In this document: in pieces, positions 41,326-55,072 of the stretch | How positions within the stretch are numbered: position 1 is the first letter of the stretch | How the letters are laid out: each line of letters starts with the position of its first letter | Assembly (NCBI GenBank): GCA_963825055.1 | Contig: CAWGSK010000013.1 | Coordinates: 192,001 to 256,000, forward strand | Source of the DNA: an uncultured Gemmatimonadales bacterium | Lineage (GTDB): Bacteria; Gemmatimonadota; Gemmatimonadetes; Gemmatimonadales; GWC2-71-9 | DNA: 64,000 nucleotides | Direction of reading: 5' to 3' | The notes under the pieces: generated by a model | Database searches by the model: none | What the model was told of the DNA's origin: nothing | Seen by the model: only the letters and a program-made list of their open reading frames with translations | Made by a program: the position numbers and the translations under genes

Positions 41326-42105
41326 GTGACCAGGACCTTCCTCGCCCGCCTCCACTACGATGGAACGCGCTTCATCGGATGGCAGGTGCAGGCCGAAGGA
41401 CGGTCGGTACAGGGCGAGGTCGAACGGGTGCTGGCCCGCCTCGCCGGACACCCCGTCAGGGCGCATGCCGCCGGCCGTACCGACGCCGGCGTCCACGCCC
41501 TCGGGATGGGGGTGAGTTTCGCACTGCCGGCGCGCTGGTCCTCCGCGGAACTGGGCCGCGCGCTGAATGCGTTGCTCCCGGACGACTGCTGGGTTGCCTC
41601 GGTGACTCTCATGGCCCCGGGGTTCCACGCCCGGAAGAGCGCCGGCGGTCGGCGCTACCGCTACGTGATCGGGCTGGACCCGGCGGCGCGATCGCCGTTC
41701 CGGCGCCCCTGGGAATGGGACCTGTGCCGGCCACTGGAATTCGCCCTCCTCCGCGAGGCGGCCGCGGTGCTGCCGGGCCGGCACGACTTCCGGGCCTTTG
41801 CGATCCGGACGCCGGGAAAGCCGCACTACGCGTGCACGGTGCGCGAGGCGCGATGGGAGGAGCGGCCAGCCGGCATGGGCGTGCAGCTTGAGATCGCCGC
41901 TGACCGGTTCCTGCACCACATGGTGCGGTTCCTGGTGGCGACGATGGTCGATATCGCGCAGGGTCGGCGGCCGCCCGGCGACATGGCCGAGCTGCTGGCG
42001 CGGACCGACAATGCCGGGACGAGCGCCCCGGCGCCGGCGCGCGGCCTGTTCTTCCTGGAGGCGGACTATCCCGCGGACTGCTTCGCGGCGGAGGTGCTGA
42101 CATGA
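41326..42105 (+). CDS. truA: tRNA pseudouridine(38-40) synthase
   Basis: YDGTRF.GWQ, AGRTDAGVHA, FHAR, FLHHMVR and APARGL motifs. Confidence 0.95.
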   Translation: MTRTFLARLHYDGTRFIGWQVQAEGRSVQGEVERVLARLAGHPVRAHAAGRTDAGVHALGMGVSFALPARWSSAELGRALNALLPDDCWVASVTLMAPGFHARKSAGGRRYRYVIGLDPAARSPFRRPWEWDLCRPLEFALLREAAAVLPGRHDFRAFAIRTPGKPHYACTVREARWEERPAGMGVQLEIAADRFLHHMVRFLVATMVDIAQGRRPPGDMAELLARTDNAGTSAPAPARGLFFLEADYPADCFAAEVLT

Positions 42106-43544
42106 GGTGCCCGAGGGCGACATACCTGCTGGCCTGGAGCCTGGGCGTGCTCGCGCTCGCCGGATGCACATCCGGCGACGACGCCCCCGAGCTCCGCTCG
42201 TCACAGGCAGCCCTGCAGCAGCCCGTCACCGCCGCCGGGCGCCAGGCCCGCAGTGACACCGTCGCGGCCTCGCGCCGCACCGCCATCGTCACCGCGACGA
42301 GCCGGGTCGCGCCCGCCGTGGTCTCCATCAACGCCACCATGCGGCAGGCCGTCCAGGCCCGCTCGCCCTTCGATTTCTTCTTCGTGCCCGAGGGCCGCGA
42401 CCAGCTGGTGCGGAGCAGCGGCACCGGCTTCATCCTGCGCCCGGACGGCATCATCCTGACCAACCAGCATGTCGTGGCCAACGCCGAGCGCGTGGTCGTC
42501 ACGCTGCACGACGGCACCGACCTCCCTGCCCGCGTCCTCGGGGAGGACCCGGTCACCGACATCGCCGTGCTCAAGGTGGACCGGACCGGCCTCCCCACCG
42601 CCACCATCGGTCACAGCAACGATCTCATGATCGGGGAATGGGTCGTGGCGCTCGGCAATCCGTTCGCCTACCTCCTCGGCGACACGGAACCGACGGTGAC
42701 CGCCGGTGTGGTCAGCGCCGTGGGCCGCAACATCCTGCCCAATCGCGACCAGACCGGACTTTACCTGGACATGATCCAGACCGATGCCGCCATCAACCCC
42801 GGCAACTCGGGCGGTCCGCTGGTAAACGCCCTCGGCGAAGTGGTGGGCGTGAACAGCTCGATCTTCTCGCAGAGCGGCGGCTCGATCGGCCTGGGCTTCG
42901 CCATTCCCATCGAGCGCGCGGCACGGGTGGCTGACGAGATCGTGAAGTCAGGGCAGGTGCATCGGGCGTGGGCCGGTCTCGAGGTGGCCGGCCCCGAGAG
43001 CGCCGAGGACTGGAAGACCCAGGGCGGCGTGAAGGTCACCCAGGTGACACCCGGCGGACCGGCGGACCGGGCGGGCATCAAGGCGGGCCAGATCCTGGTG
43101 GAGGCGAACGGGCGCCCGCTCCGGAACTTCCTGGACTGGGAAGCCGCCCGACTGGACCTGAGTCCGGGCGACCGGATCGCGCTCCGCGTTCGCGAGGGCG
43201 CCCGGGTCGCGACCCGCACGCTTACGACGACAGGGCTTCCCACCGTCAGCGCCGAGCGGGTCAACGTGCTGAAGGGCCTGGACCTCGTCACGGTGACACC
43301 GGCGATCCAGGGCGAGCGCGGCCTCCGGGCGGAGCAGGGCGCGCTGATCATCGGGATCACCCCGGCCATTGCGCAGGCCACCGGCCTTCGCGAGGGCGAC
43401 GTGATCATTGCGGTCAACCGCACGATGGTCGGGAGCGCCGAGGAGGTGCGCGACATCCTCGACGCCGCGACGCCACGCCAGCTCCTCCGCGTCCATATCG
43501 AGCGCAACCGGCAGTACGCCTTCACCGACCTGGCCTTCCGATGA
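42102..43544 (+). CDS. HtrA/DegP-type serine protease with two PDZ domains, predicted lipoprotein
   Basis: LALAGC lipobox; TNQHV, DIAV and TDAAINPGNSGG triad motifs. Confidence 0.92.
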   Translation: MRCPRATYLLAWSLGVLALAGCTSGDDAPELRSSQAALQQPVTAAGRQARSDTVAASRRTAIVTATSRVAPAVVSINATMRQAVQARSPFDFFFVPEGRDQLVRSSGTGFILRPDGIILTNQHVVANAERVVVTLHDGTDLPARVLGEDPVTDIAVLKVDRTGLPTATIGHSNDLMIGEWVVALGNPFAYLLGDTEPTVTAGVVSAVGRNILPNRDQTGLYLDMIQTDAAINPGNSGGPLVNALGEVVGVNSSIFSQSGGSIGLGFAIPIERAARVADEIVKSGQVHRAWAGLEVAGPESAEDWKTQGGVKVTQVTPGGPADRAGIKAGQILVEANGRPLRNFLDWEAARLDLSPGDRIALRVREGARVATRTLTTTGLPTVSAERVNVLKGLDLVTVTPAIQGERGLRAEQGALIIGITPAIAQATGLREGDVIIAVNRTMVGSAEEVRDILDAATPRQLLRVHIERNRQYAFTDLAFR

Positions 43545-44980
43545 CCGACGACCGGTACCGCTCCCCGCTCGGCACCCGCTACGCGTCCCCTGCCATGCAG
43601 CGGCTCTGGGGCGCGCGGCATCGCGCGGGCCTCTGGCGGCGCCTGTGGGTCGCGCTCGCGGAAGCCGAGCGCGACCTCGGCGTCGCCATTCCCGACGAGG
43701 CCCTCGAAGCCATGCGCGCCCATCTCGACGACGCCGACCTTGATGCGGTCGCCGGGTACGAGCGGCGCTTCCGACACGACGTGATGGCGCATGTGCACGC
43801 CTTCGGCGACCAGGCTCCCGCGGCCCGGCCCTTCCTGCACCTGGGCGCCACCAGCGCCTTCATCGGGGACAATGCGGACCTGCTGGTGATCCGCGAAGCC
43901 CTGCGCCTCACGCTGGGCCGCCTGGTCGCCCTGCTCGACGCGCTCGAGGGATTTGCGCGAAAGCAGCGTGCCCTGCCCTGCCTCGCCTGGACGCATTACC
44001 AGCCCGCGCAGCTCACGACGGTCGGCAAGCGGGCCACGCTCTGGATGCAGGACTTCGGACTGGACGTCGAGGCCCTGGTCCACCTGCTCGAGACACTCCG
44101 GTTCCGCGGCTGCAAGGGCACCACCGGGACGCAGGCCTCGTTCATGGAGCTGTTCGGGGGCGACCACGAGAAGGTCCGTGAACTCGACCGTCGCGTTACC
44201 GCGGACATGGGATTCGCCGCGGCCTTCCCCGTCACCGGCCAGACCTATCCGCGCAAGCTCGACAGCAGCGTGCTGGGCGTGCTGAGCGGCATCGCGCAGT
44301 CCGCCGCAAAGATGGCGACTGACCTCCGGCTGCTGCAGCACGACGGTGAGGTCCTCGAGCCCTTCGAGACCGACCAGATCGGCTCCAGTGCGATGGCCTA
44401 CAAGCGGAACCCGATGCGGTGCGAGCGGATCTGCGCGCTCGCGCGCTTCGTGATCTCGCTCGAGGCCAACGGCGCGAACACCGCCGCGAGCCAGTGGCTC
44501 GAACGCACCCTGGATGACAGCGCCAACCGCCGGCTCTCGCTCCCGGAAGCATTCCTCGCGTCAGATGCCATCCTCATTCTCGCCACCAACGTCGCGGCCG
44601 GGCTCGAGGTGCGGGAGGGCGTCATCCACCGCCACGTGGCGGAGCAGATGCCCTTCATGGCGACGGAGCGATGGCTCATGCTCGGCGTGGCCGCCGGCGG
44701 CGACCGGCAGGCGCTGCACGAGGTGATCCGGCAGGAAAGCCACCGGACGGCCGCCGAGGTGAGCGAAGGGAAGCCTAACGCGCTGCTCGAGCGGCTTGGC
44801 AGGCATGCCGCGTTCGCGGGCGTCGGCACCACGGCCCTCCAGGCCGAGCTCGATCCGTCCCGCTACACCGGCCGGGCGGCGGAGCAGGTGGAGGAATTCC
44901 TCGGGGAGTTCCTGGCCCCCCTGCTCGACCGGGCACGCTCCATGGCCACCGATGCCGGCGCCGCCGAGGTGACCGTATGA
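43541..44980 (+). CDS. purB: Adenylosuccinate lyase
   Basis: RHDVMAH, HLGATS and GSSAMAYKRNP motifs; ATG overlaps the htrA stop. Confidence 0.95.
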   Translation: MTDDRYRSPLGTRYASPAMQRLWGARHRAGLWRRLWVALAEAERDLGVAIPDEALEAMRAHLDDADLDAVAGYERRFRHDVMAHVHAFGDQAPAARPFLHLGATSAFIGDNADLLVIREALRLTLGRLVALLDALEGFARKQRALPCLAWTHYQPAQLTTVGKRATLWMQDFGLDVEALVHLLETLRFRGCKGTTGTQASFMELFGGDHEKVRELDRRVTADMGFAAAFPVTGQTYPRKLDSSVLGVLSGIAQSAAKMATDLRLLQHDGEVLEPFETDQIGSSAMAYKRNPMRCERICALARFVISLEANGANTAASQWLERTLDDSANRRLSLPEAFLASDAILILATNVAAGLEVREGVIHRHVAEQMPFMATERWLMLGVAAGGDRQALHEVIRQESHRTAAEVSEGKPNALLERLGRHAAFAGVGTTALQAELDPSRYTGRAAEQVEEFLGEFLAPLLDRARSMATDAGAAEVTV

Positions 44981-45906
44981 GTCGCACCGGCACGCTCCGC
45001 GCCAGCACCCTCCCGCTCCCGCTCGTCCGTCGCGGGAAGGTCCGTGAGGTGTACGACGCCGGGAATGGAATGCTCCTGCTCGTGGCGAGCGACCGGGTCA
45101 GCGCGTTCGACGTCGTGATGCACGAGCCGATCCCGCGGAAGGGCGAGGTCCTGACACAGATGAGCGCGTTCTGGTTCGGCCTGCTCCGGGAGGTGGCGCC
45201 GAGCCATTTCCTGACGGCCGACACCGGGGAAATCCTCACCCACCTCCCCACCCTGGTGCCGCTTCGTGACCAGATCGCCGGCCGGAGCATGCTGGTCCGG
45301 CGCTCGGAGCCCGTCCCGTTCGAGTGCGTGATCAGGGGCTATCTCGCGGGCTCCGCCTGGGTGGAGTACCGGGACCGCGGGACACTCGCCGGGGAGCCGA
45401 TGCCCCGGGGTCTCGTGGAGTCGTCCCAGCTGCCGGTGCCCGTGTTCAGCCCGGCAACCAAGGCGGCCTCCGGTCATGACGAGAACGTCCCGCCGTCGGC
45501 GGTCGCCGAGGCGCTGGGGGCGAAGACCGCGGCCGCGCTCCGCGCGACGAGCCTCGCGCTGTACGAGGCCGGTCGTGCGCACGCCGCGGGCCGGGGGATC
45601 ATCATCGCCGACACGAAGTTCGAGTTCGGGCATGACGCGGATGGCAACCTGCTCCTGATCGACGAGATCCTGACGCCGGATTCCTCACGCTTCTGGCCCG
45701 CATCCGGGTACGAGCCCGGACGGACACAGGCGAGTTTCGACAAGCAGCCGCTTCGCGACTGGCTCGCCGGTCTCCGGCGCGAGGGGACATGGAACGGCGA
45801 GGCGCCGCCTCCCACACTGCCCCCGGAGGTCGTGCAGGCCACCAGCGACCGCTACCTCGACGCCTGCCGGCGGATCACCGGCCGGGCACTGGAGGCGCGC
45901 GCATGA
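44977..45906 (+). CDS. purC: SAICAR synthetase
   Basis: GKVREVY, SDRVSAFD, DTKFEFG and DEILTPDSSRFW motifs. Confidence 0.96.
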   Translation: MSRTGTLRASTLPLPLVRRGKVREVYDAGNGMLLLVASDRVSAFDVVMHEPIPRKGEVLTQMSAFWFGLLREVAPSHFLTADTGEILTHLPTLVPLRDQIAGRSMLVRRSEPVPFECVIRGYLAGSAWVEYRDRGTLAGEPMPRGLVESSQLPVPVFSPATKAASGHDENVPPSAVAEALGAKTAAALRATSLALYEAGRAHAAGRGIIIADTKFEFGHDADGNLLLIDEILTPDSSRFWPASGYEPGRTQASFDKQPLRDWLAGLRREGTWNGEAPPPTLPPEVVQATSDRYLDACRRITGRALEARA

Positions 45907-46535
45907 CGCGGATCGCGCCCGAAGGATGGCCCTTCATCGCGGTGGCATGGCTCATCGCGATCGTGTTCGGCGTGTACCATATCTGGCTCGGGTTCCTGCT
46001 CTGGCTGCCCGTCGCCATCTGGGTGATGGCCTTCTTCCGGAACCCGGACCGCCCGGGGCCGCGTGGCGAGCACCTGGTGATCGCCCCCGCGGACGGCAAG
46101 GTCGTCAGTATCCGCCGGATCGACGAGCCCGGATTTCTGGGCGGCATGGCGCTCCGGATCTCGATTTTCATGAACGTTTTCGACGTGCACGTGAACCGCT
46201 ACCCCGCCAGTGGCACCATCGCATGGCGACAGTACACCCCCGGACGGTTCCTGAACGCCGCGGCGGAGAAGGCCAGCCAGGAGAACGAGCAGTCGTCGGT
46301 CGGCATCGCGAGCGCCCGTGGCCGGCTCATGGTGCGCCAGATCGCCGGCCTCGTCGCCCGTCGGATCGTGACCGATCATGGTGAGGGCGAGGCGGTGAGC
46401 CAGGGCGACCGCATGGGGCTCATCCGCTTCGGCTCACGGGTGGACGTCTTCCTGCCGGATGGCTGCAGCGCCCGGGTGGCCGAGGGCGAACGCACCCGTG
46501 CCGGGCAGACGGTCATCGCGGAGTGGGACGCGTGA
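45903..46535 (+). CDS. psd: Phosphatidylserine decarboxylase proenzyme
   Basis: FFRNP, APADG, DVHVNR and IRFG|S cleavage motif. Confidence 0.93.
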   Translation: MTRIAPEGWPFIAVAWLIAIVFGVYHIWLGFLLWLPVAIWVMAFFRNPDRPGPRGEHLVIAPADGKVVSIRRIDEPGFLGGMALRISIFMNVFDVHVNRYPASGTIAWRQYTPGRFLNAAAEKASQENEQSSVGIASARGRLMVRQIAGLVARRIVTDHGEGEAVSQGDRMGLIRFGSRVDVFLPDGCSARVAEGERTRAGQTVIAEWDA

Positions 46536-47401
46536 GCCCGCGCCTCGGCCGCCGGAACATGCGGCGCGTAGTCGTGGTGATGCCGAGCACGTTCACGCTT
46601 GGCAACCTCTTCTTCGGGTTCTGGGCGATCGTCTCGGCCAGCCAGGGCAACTTCACCTGGGCGGGCTGGTTCATCGTCTTTGCCGGCCTGCTGGACATGC
46701 TCGACGGTCGGCTGGCCCGGCTGTCCAATACCGGCAGCCGCTTCGGCGCGGAGCTCGATTCGCTGGTGGACGCCATCAGCTTCGGCGTCGCCCCCGCCGT
46801 CGTCATGTACTTCCTCGAGTTCAGCACCGCCGGGCGGTTTGCCTGGCTGCTCTGCTTCCTGTACGTCGTGGCCGTGACCGCGCGGCTCGCCCGGTACAAC
46901 GTGCTGGCGCACGGCAAGCCGCATTCGCACTGGTTCGTCGGACTCCCCTCGCCGGCGGCCGGGCTCACCCTGGCGGTGTACTACCCGTTCAGCCAGACGC
47001 CGTGGTACCAGGCCTCCCTGGCCTACCTGCACCTCCAGCACCAGGGGCTCGTGTTCCTGATCCTGCTGGTGTCCCTGCTGATGGTGAGCAACGTGAAGTA
47101 CCCGAAGTTCCCGGGCATCGGCGTGCGCTCCCCTCGGGCCATTGCGGGGACCGTGTTCACGCTCGCCCTCCTGGTGGGTGGACTCACCTACCCGGAGTAC
47201 GTCCTCTTCCCCTTCGGCATTGCCTACCTCCTGTTCGGGATCGTCCGGGCCGTGGTGCTCGGCCTGCTCGAGCGGGGCGAGGACGACGACGGCGACGATC
47301 CCGACTCGCTGCCCGCCGAACTGGAGGACGAGGAAATCGCCGACGCCAACCCGGCCGAACCCGCATGGCCACCATCACCCCCGTCGAGGACCCAGGAATG
47401 A
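46532..47401 (+). CDS. pssA: CDP-diacylglycerol--serine O-phosphatidyltransferase
   Basis: DMLDGRLAR....SRFGAELDSLVD CDP-alcohol motif; RLARYN; FVGLP; adjacent to psd. Confidence 0.92.
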   Translation: MSPRLGRRNMRRVVVVMPSTFTLGNLFFGFWAIVSASQGNFTWAGWFIVFAGLLDMLDGRLARLSNTGSRFGAELDSLVDAISFGVAPAVVMYFLEFSTAGRFAWLLCFLYVVAVTARLARYNVLAHGKPHSHWFVGLPSPAAGLTLAVYYPFSQTPWYQASLAYLHLQHQGLVFLILLVSLLMVSNVKYPKFPGIGVRSPRAIAGTVFTLALLVGGLTYPEYVLFPFGIAYLLFGIVRAVVLGLLERGEDDDGDDPDSLPAELEDEEIADANPAEPAWPPSPPSRTQE

Positions 47402-47649
47402 GTTTTCGTGTGCACATCCGCGTCGTACCCCGCGCCGGCCTGCTGGACCCGCAGGGCCAGGCCGTCGAGCACGCCCTGACGGCCCTCGGCTTCGACGAGG
47501 CGGAGGAGGTACGGATCGGCCGGGCCATCGAGCTGCAGGTGGACGCACCGACCGCCGGCGAGGCCGAGACACGTGCGCGCGCCATGTGCGACAAGCTGCT
47601 CGCCAACCCGGTGACGGAAGACTACTCCATCGCCGTGGAGCCGGCCTGA
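47398..47649 (+). CDS. purS: FGAM synthase subunit PurS
   Basis: LDPQG.AV and LLANPVTEDY motifs. Confidence 0.95.
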   Translation: MSFRVHIRVVPRAGLLDPQGQAVEHALTALGFDEAEEVRIGRAIELQVDAPTAGEAETRARAMCDKLLANPVTEDYSIAVEPA

Positions 47650-48368
47650 TGCGCGTCGCGGTCATCCGCTTTCCCGGCAGCAACTGCGACATGGACACGC
47701 TCCAGGGCGCACGACGCGTGGGGGCGGAGGCATTCTTCGTCTGGCACCGTGAGACGAACCTGGGCAACGCGGACGCAGTGATGCTCCCGGGCGGTTTCAG
47801 CTACGGCGACTACCTGCGGAGCGGCGCCATCGCGCGGTTCAGCCCCGTCATGCAGGCCGTGCAGGAGCTCGCCGCGGCCGGCGGACCGGTGCTCGGCATC
47901 TGCAACGGGTTCCAGATACTCTGCGAGGCGGGCCTGCTGCCGGGCGCGCTGACCCGGAATGACCGCCTGACATTTGTCTCCCGGCCGGTAACCCTCCGGG
48001 TCGAGTCCACCGCCACGCCGTTCACCAGCGCGTATGCCCCGGGCCAGGTAGTGCGGATGCCGGTGTCGCACGGGGACGGGCGCTACGTCGCCGACGACCG
48101 GACGCTCGATATCCTCGAGGCCGAAAGCCGGATCGTGGTGCGCTATGTCAACCCGGACGGCAGCCCCGCGTCCGGCGACGCCAACCCCAACGGCTCCCTC
48201 CGCGACATTGCAGGAATCCGTAACGAGGCGGGGAACGTGGTCGGGCTCATGCCCCATCCCGACCGCGCCGCCGACCCTGGCCTGGGCCTGACCGACGGCC
48301 TCGGCTTCTTCCAGTCCCTCATGGCCCTCGACCCTGCCGGCGCGCGGCCGGCGGGTGCTGGCCGCTGA
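47649..48368 (+). CDS. purQ: FGAM synthase glutaminase subunit PurQ
   Basis: FPGSNCD, PGGFSYGDYLR, GICNGFQ and GLMPHPD motifs. Confidence 0.95.
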   Translation: MRVAVIRFPGSNCDMDTLQGARRVGAEAFFVWHRETNLGNADAVMLPGGFSYGDYLRSGAIARFSPVMQAVQELAAAGGPVLGICNGFQILCEAGLLPGALTRNDRLTFVSRPVTLRVESTATPFTSAYAPGQVVRMPVSHGDGRYVADDRTLDILEAESRIVVRYVNPDGSPASGDANPNGSLRDIAGIRNEAGNVVGLMPHPDRAADPGLGLTDGLGFFQSLMALDPAGARPAGAGR

Positions 48369-48390
48369 CCACCCTGACCCCCAGAGACCG

Positions 48391-48705
48391 ATGAGCACGG
48401 ACAAGCCCAGCCGGAACGAAGACGAGTACTTCGCCAAGAAGGAGATGGAGATCCTCGCCCAGCAGCGCGCCGCGACCCGGGCCGCCGAGGAGGAGGCCGC
48501 GCGCGCGGAGTATTACATGCGCTGCCCCAAGTGCGGCGCGCCCCTCCGGACCGAGGAACTCCGCGGCGTCCAGGTCGACGGCTGCCCGGTGTGCCACGGC
48601 CTCTGGCTCGATGCCGGCGAGATCGACCAGCTCGAGGCGCGGGAGGACCGCGGCATGATCGGCCAGGTACTGCACGATCTCGTCTCCACCTTCCGCCACA
48701 AGTGA
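48391..48705 (+). CDS. zf-TFIIB-like zinc-ribbon protein
   Basis: CPKC...[13 protein letters not shown]-terminal NEDEYF helix. Confidence 0.8.
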   Translation: MSTDKPSRNEDEYFAKKEMEILAQQRAATRAAEEEAARAEYYMRCPKCGAPLRTEELRGVQVDGCPVCHGLWLDAGEIDQLEAREDRGMIGQVLHDLVSTFRHK

Positions 48706-51014
48706 TGCAGTCCAGGACCGCGCCCACCCAGGCACACGCCATGCCGGGAGAGCCCGAGGTCACCCCGGCGCTCGTCCGCGAACACAACCTGAACGACCTC
48801 GAGTACGAGCGCATCGAGGCCCTGCTCGGCCGCACCCCCACGCTGACCGAACTCGGCGTCTTCTCGGCGTTGTGGTCCGAGCACTGCTCCTACAAGCACT
48901 CCCGCCCGATCCTCCGGACTTTTCCCACTGAGGGGCCCCAGGTCCTGCAGGGACCGGGCGAGAATGCGGGTGTGCTCCGGCTGCCCGCGGGCTGGGCGGT
49001 CGCGTTCAAGATCGAGTCCCACAACCACCCTTCGGCGGTCGAGCCCTACCAGGGGGCGGCCACGGGCGTCGGCGGCATCCTCCGCGACGTGTTCACGATG
49101 GGCGCGCGGCCGGTGGCGGTGCTCAACAGCCTCCGGTTCGGCCCGCTGGACCAGCCGCGGAACCGCTACCTGCTGGGCGGCGTGGTGCGCGGCGTCGGGG
49201 ACTACGGCAACTGCATCGGCGTTCCCACCCTCGGCGGCGAGGTGGACTTCGCGCCGGGATACAGCGGCAACCCGCTCGTCAACGCCATGTGCGTCGGCCT
49301 CCTCCGCGAGGAGGACCTGATCCGCGCCGCCGCCACCGGGGTCGGTAACGTGCTGCTGGCCGTCGGCGCCCGGACAGGTCGGGACGGCATCCACGGGGCC
49401 AGTTTCGCCAGCGAAGACCTCTCCGAGCAGAGTGAGGCGCGCCGTCCGCAGGTGCAGGTGGGCGACCCGTTCACGGAGAAACTCCTGCTCGAGGCGACGC
49501 TGGAGATGATCCAGTCCCGCCTCATCGTGGCCATCCAGGACATGGGCGCCGCCGGGCTCACCAGCAGTTCCGCCGAGATGGCGGCCCGTGGCGGAGTCGG
49601 CGTGGAGATCGACACGGCAGAGGTGCCGGTCCGCGAGCCGGGCATGACTCCCTACGAGATCCTGCTCAGCGAATCTCAGGAGCGGATGCTGGTCGTGGCC
49701 GAGCCGCACCAGGTTGAGGCGGTGCGCGCGGTGTGCTCGAAGTGGGAACTGGAGGCCCGTGCCATCGGGAAGGTGACCGATGACGGCCTCTTCCGGGTCC
49801 GCCACGGCGACCTGGTCGTCGCCGAGATCCCCGGGGTCCCGCTGGTGGAGGATTGTCCGGTGTACACGCCCGAGGCCCAGGAGGCGGAGGGCGTGCGCCG
49901 GCGCCGGGCGGCCCGGCCACCGCAGGATGGCCCGGACGTGGACCAGGCACTCCCCGCCCTGCTGGATGCGCCGAGCCTCGCGAGCAAGCGCTGGATCTAC
50001 GAGCAGTACGACTCCACCGTGCAGGCGGCCACGCTGATCGGCCCCGGCGGTGACGCGGGCCTCCTCCGCATCACCGATACGGACGCCGGGCTCGCCATCA
50101 CCACCGACTGCAATGCCCGGCTCCTGGCACTGGACCCCTACCAGGGCGGGAAGGCCGCCGTCGCCGAGGCGGCGCGAAACATCGCCTGCACTGGCGCAGT
50201 CCCGCTGGGCGTCACCGACTGCCTCAACTTCGGGAACCCTGAGCGGCCGGAGGTGTTCTATCAGTTCCGCGAGGCGTGTCGCGGCATCGCCGATGCCTGC
50301 CGTGCGTTCAACACCCCGGTCACCGGCGGCAACGTCTCGTTCTACAATGAGAGTCCGACAGGAGCGATCGATCCGACACCGGTCATCGGCATGGTCGGGT
50401 TGCTGGACAACATCGCACACGCTGTGGGCAGCCACTTCCAGGCCGAGGGAGACCACGTTGTCCTCCTCGGCCTGCCCGCGGCCGAACTTGGCGGGTCGGC
50501 GTACTGGGCGGAGCTGATGGGCTTCGTCGGCGGGACGCCCGCGCCGGTGGACCTGGAGGCGGAAGCGGCCCTTCAGCGGCTCCTGGCCGAGGCGGCATCG
50601 GAAAGGCTGCTTGCCTCGGCGCATGACCTCTCGACCGGTGGACTGCTCGTCACGGTGGCGGAGTCGGCCATGGGAGGCCCGTACGCCGAAGCCGGATTCG
50701 GCGTAAGGGTTTCACTGGATGCCATTCCCTGCCCCGAGGCCGCCGGCGATGCGGCCTTATCTTTCGGCGAGGGCGGAGCCGCAGCCGTCGTGAGTTGCCG
50801 GGGCGGCAGTACCGCCGCCCTGGAACGGCTGGCGCTGCGGCACGGTGTGCCAGTGCTGGAACTCGGCCTCGTCGGCCGGGCCGGAGGCACGATGGAAGTG
50901 CGCCGGGGCGGTCGCGCATGGTCCTGGTCGATTGGGGCCCTGCGCAAGACTTATTTCAATGCGATTCCCCGCCGGATGCGGGATGTCACCGCTGGGACGG
51001 CGGAGGGAGTGTAA
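48705..51014 (+). CDS. purL: FGAM synthase subunit PurL (small form)
   Basis: [22 protein letters not shown] and GGNVSFYN motifs. Confidence 0.96.
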   Translation: MQSRTAPTQAHAMPGEPEVTPALVREHNLNDLEYERIEALLGRTPTLTELGVFSALWSEHCSYKHSRPILRTFPTEGPQVLQGPGENAGVLRLPAGWAVAFKIESHNHPSAVEPYQGAATGVGGILRDVFTMGARPVAVLNSLRFGPLDQPRNRYLLGGVVRGVGDYGNCIGVPTLGGEVDFAPGYSGNPLVNAMCVGLLREEDLIRAAATGVGNVLLAVGARTGRDGIHGASFASEDLSEQSEARRPQVQVGDPFTEKLLLEATLEMIQSRLIVAIQDMGAAGLTSSSAEMAARGGVGVEIDTAEVPVREPGMTPYEILLSESQERMLVVAEPHQVEAVRAVCSKWELEARAIGKVTDDGLFRVRHGDLVVAEIPGVPLVEDCPVYTPEAQEAEGVRRRRAARPPQDGPDVDQALPALLDAPSLASKRWIYEQYDSTVQAATLIGPGGDAGLLRITDTDAGLAITTDCNARLLALDPYQGGKAAVAEAARNIACTGAVPLGVTDCLNFGNPERPEVFYQFREACRGIADACRAFNTPVTGGNVSFYNESPTGAIDPTPVIGMVGLLDNIAHAVGSHFQAEGDHVVLLGLPAAELGGSAYWAELMGFVGGTPAPVDLEAEAALQRLLAEAASERLLASAHDLSTGGLLVTVAESAMGGPYAEAGFGVRVSLDAIPCPEAAGDAALSFGEGGAAAVVSCRGGSTAALERLALRHGVPVLELGLVGRAGGTMEVRRGGRAWSWSIGALRKTYFNAIPRRMRDVTAGTAEGV

Positions 51015-51017
51015 GGT

Positions 51018-52408
51018 ATGTGCGGGATCATCGGCGTATCGGGCGTCAACGACGCCGCGAGGCTGGCCTACCTCGGCCTCTATGCGCTGCAGCACCGGGG
51101 GCAGGAGAGTGCGGGTATCGTCTCCATCGATGCGCGGGGCGACAGCCACGCGCATCGCGGCATGGGGCTCGTCTCGGAGAACTTCACCGAGCCGGTCCTC
51201 GCCGGACTCCCCGGCGACGTCGCGGTCGGGCACACGCGGTACTCCACGGCCGGAACATCCGTCCTGGCCAACGCCCAGCCCTGCTTCGTCAACTACCACG
51301 AGGGACGGCTAGCGCTTGCCCACAATGGCAATCTCACTAACGCCGTCGAGCTGAAGCGGGAACTGGTGGCTCGCGGGTCCATCTTCACGTCCAGCAGCGA
51401 CTCCGAAGTGCTCGTACACCTCATCGCCCGCTCGGAGGCGCCCACGCCGGAGGGCCAGATCCGCGATGCGATGGAGCGCGCCGAAGGCGCCTACTCCATG
51501 GTGCTGGCTGTGGGTCGCGACCTGTACGCCCTGGTGGACGGCCGGGGCTTCCGCCCGCTGGTGCTGGGCCGCCTGGGGCGCGGCGTGATCGTGGCGTCCG
51601 AGACCTGCGCACTGGACCTCGTCGGGGCAACCCTGGTCCGGGAACTGCAGCCGGGGGAGTTCCTCAAGATCAGTGACGGCGTCGTCACCGAACTCGAGCC
51701 GCTCGCGGCGCGCCCGGTGAGTCGCTGCGTTTTCGAGCTGGTGTACTTCGCCCGCCCCGACAGCACGATCTTCGGCGAGTCGGTGGACCGGGTGCGCCGC
51801 GAGCTGGGCCGCCAGGTGGCGCGTGAACACCCGGCGCCGGGAGCCGAGGTCGTTTTCAGCGTGCCCGACAGCTCCAATGCCATGGCACTGGGCTTTGCCG
51901 ACGAGTCCGGCCTCAAGCTGGAACACGGGCTCATCCGGAACCACTACGTCGGCCGGACATTCATCAACCCCACGCAGGCGATTCGCGTGGCCAAGGTCCG
52001 GATCAAGTTCAACCCGGTCCGCGAGGTCATCGCCGGCAAGTCCGTTGTGGTGGTGGACGACAGCCTGGTCCGCGGGACCACCAGCAAGGGGCTGGTCCAG
52101 ATGATCCGTGACGCCGGCGCCCGGAAGATCCACCTGCGGATCTGCAGCCCGCCCATCACCGGCCCCTGTCATTACGGGATCGACACGCCGACCCGTGAGG
52201 AACTGATCGGCGCCACGCATTCCATCGAGGAGATCCAGGAATTCCTCGGGGTGGACAGCCTGGGTTACCTCTCCCTGGAAGGCATGCTCCGTGCAGCAGG
52301 GAGCGTCGTTCCCTGGTGCCACGCCTGCTTCTCCGGGCAGTATCCCACAGACACTCCCGAAGACCTGGTGCGGCTGCGCCACAGTTCCCCACTCGTTGAG
52401 AGCCCCGC

Positions 52409-52412
<4 letters not shown>
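51018..52412 (+). CDS. purF: Amidophosphoribosyltransferase
   Basis: N-terminal MCG, QHRGQ, GHTRYST, VVVDDSLVRGTT and C-terminal CHAC Fe-S motif. Confidence 0.97.

Positions 52413-55068
<2,656 letters not shown>

Positions 55069-55072
<4 letters not shown>

Noticed and set aside
42968..43540. Long N-terminal extensions in the ORF track for purB, purQ, purS, purL, rlmN, larB and the DUF4105 gene, suggesting fusions or frameshifting
   Set aside because: Artefacts of calling the most upstream start; coupled starts at the preceding stop codons (or, for rlmN, a downstream ATG) give normal-length proteins.
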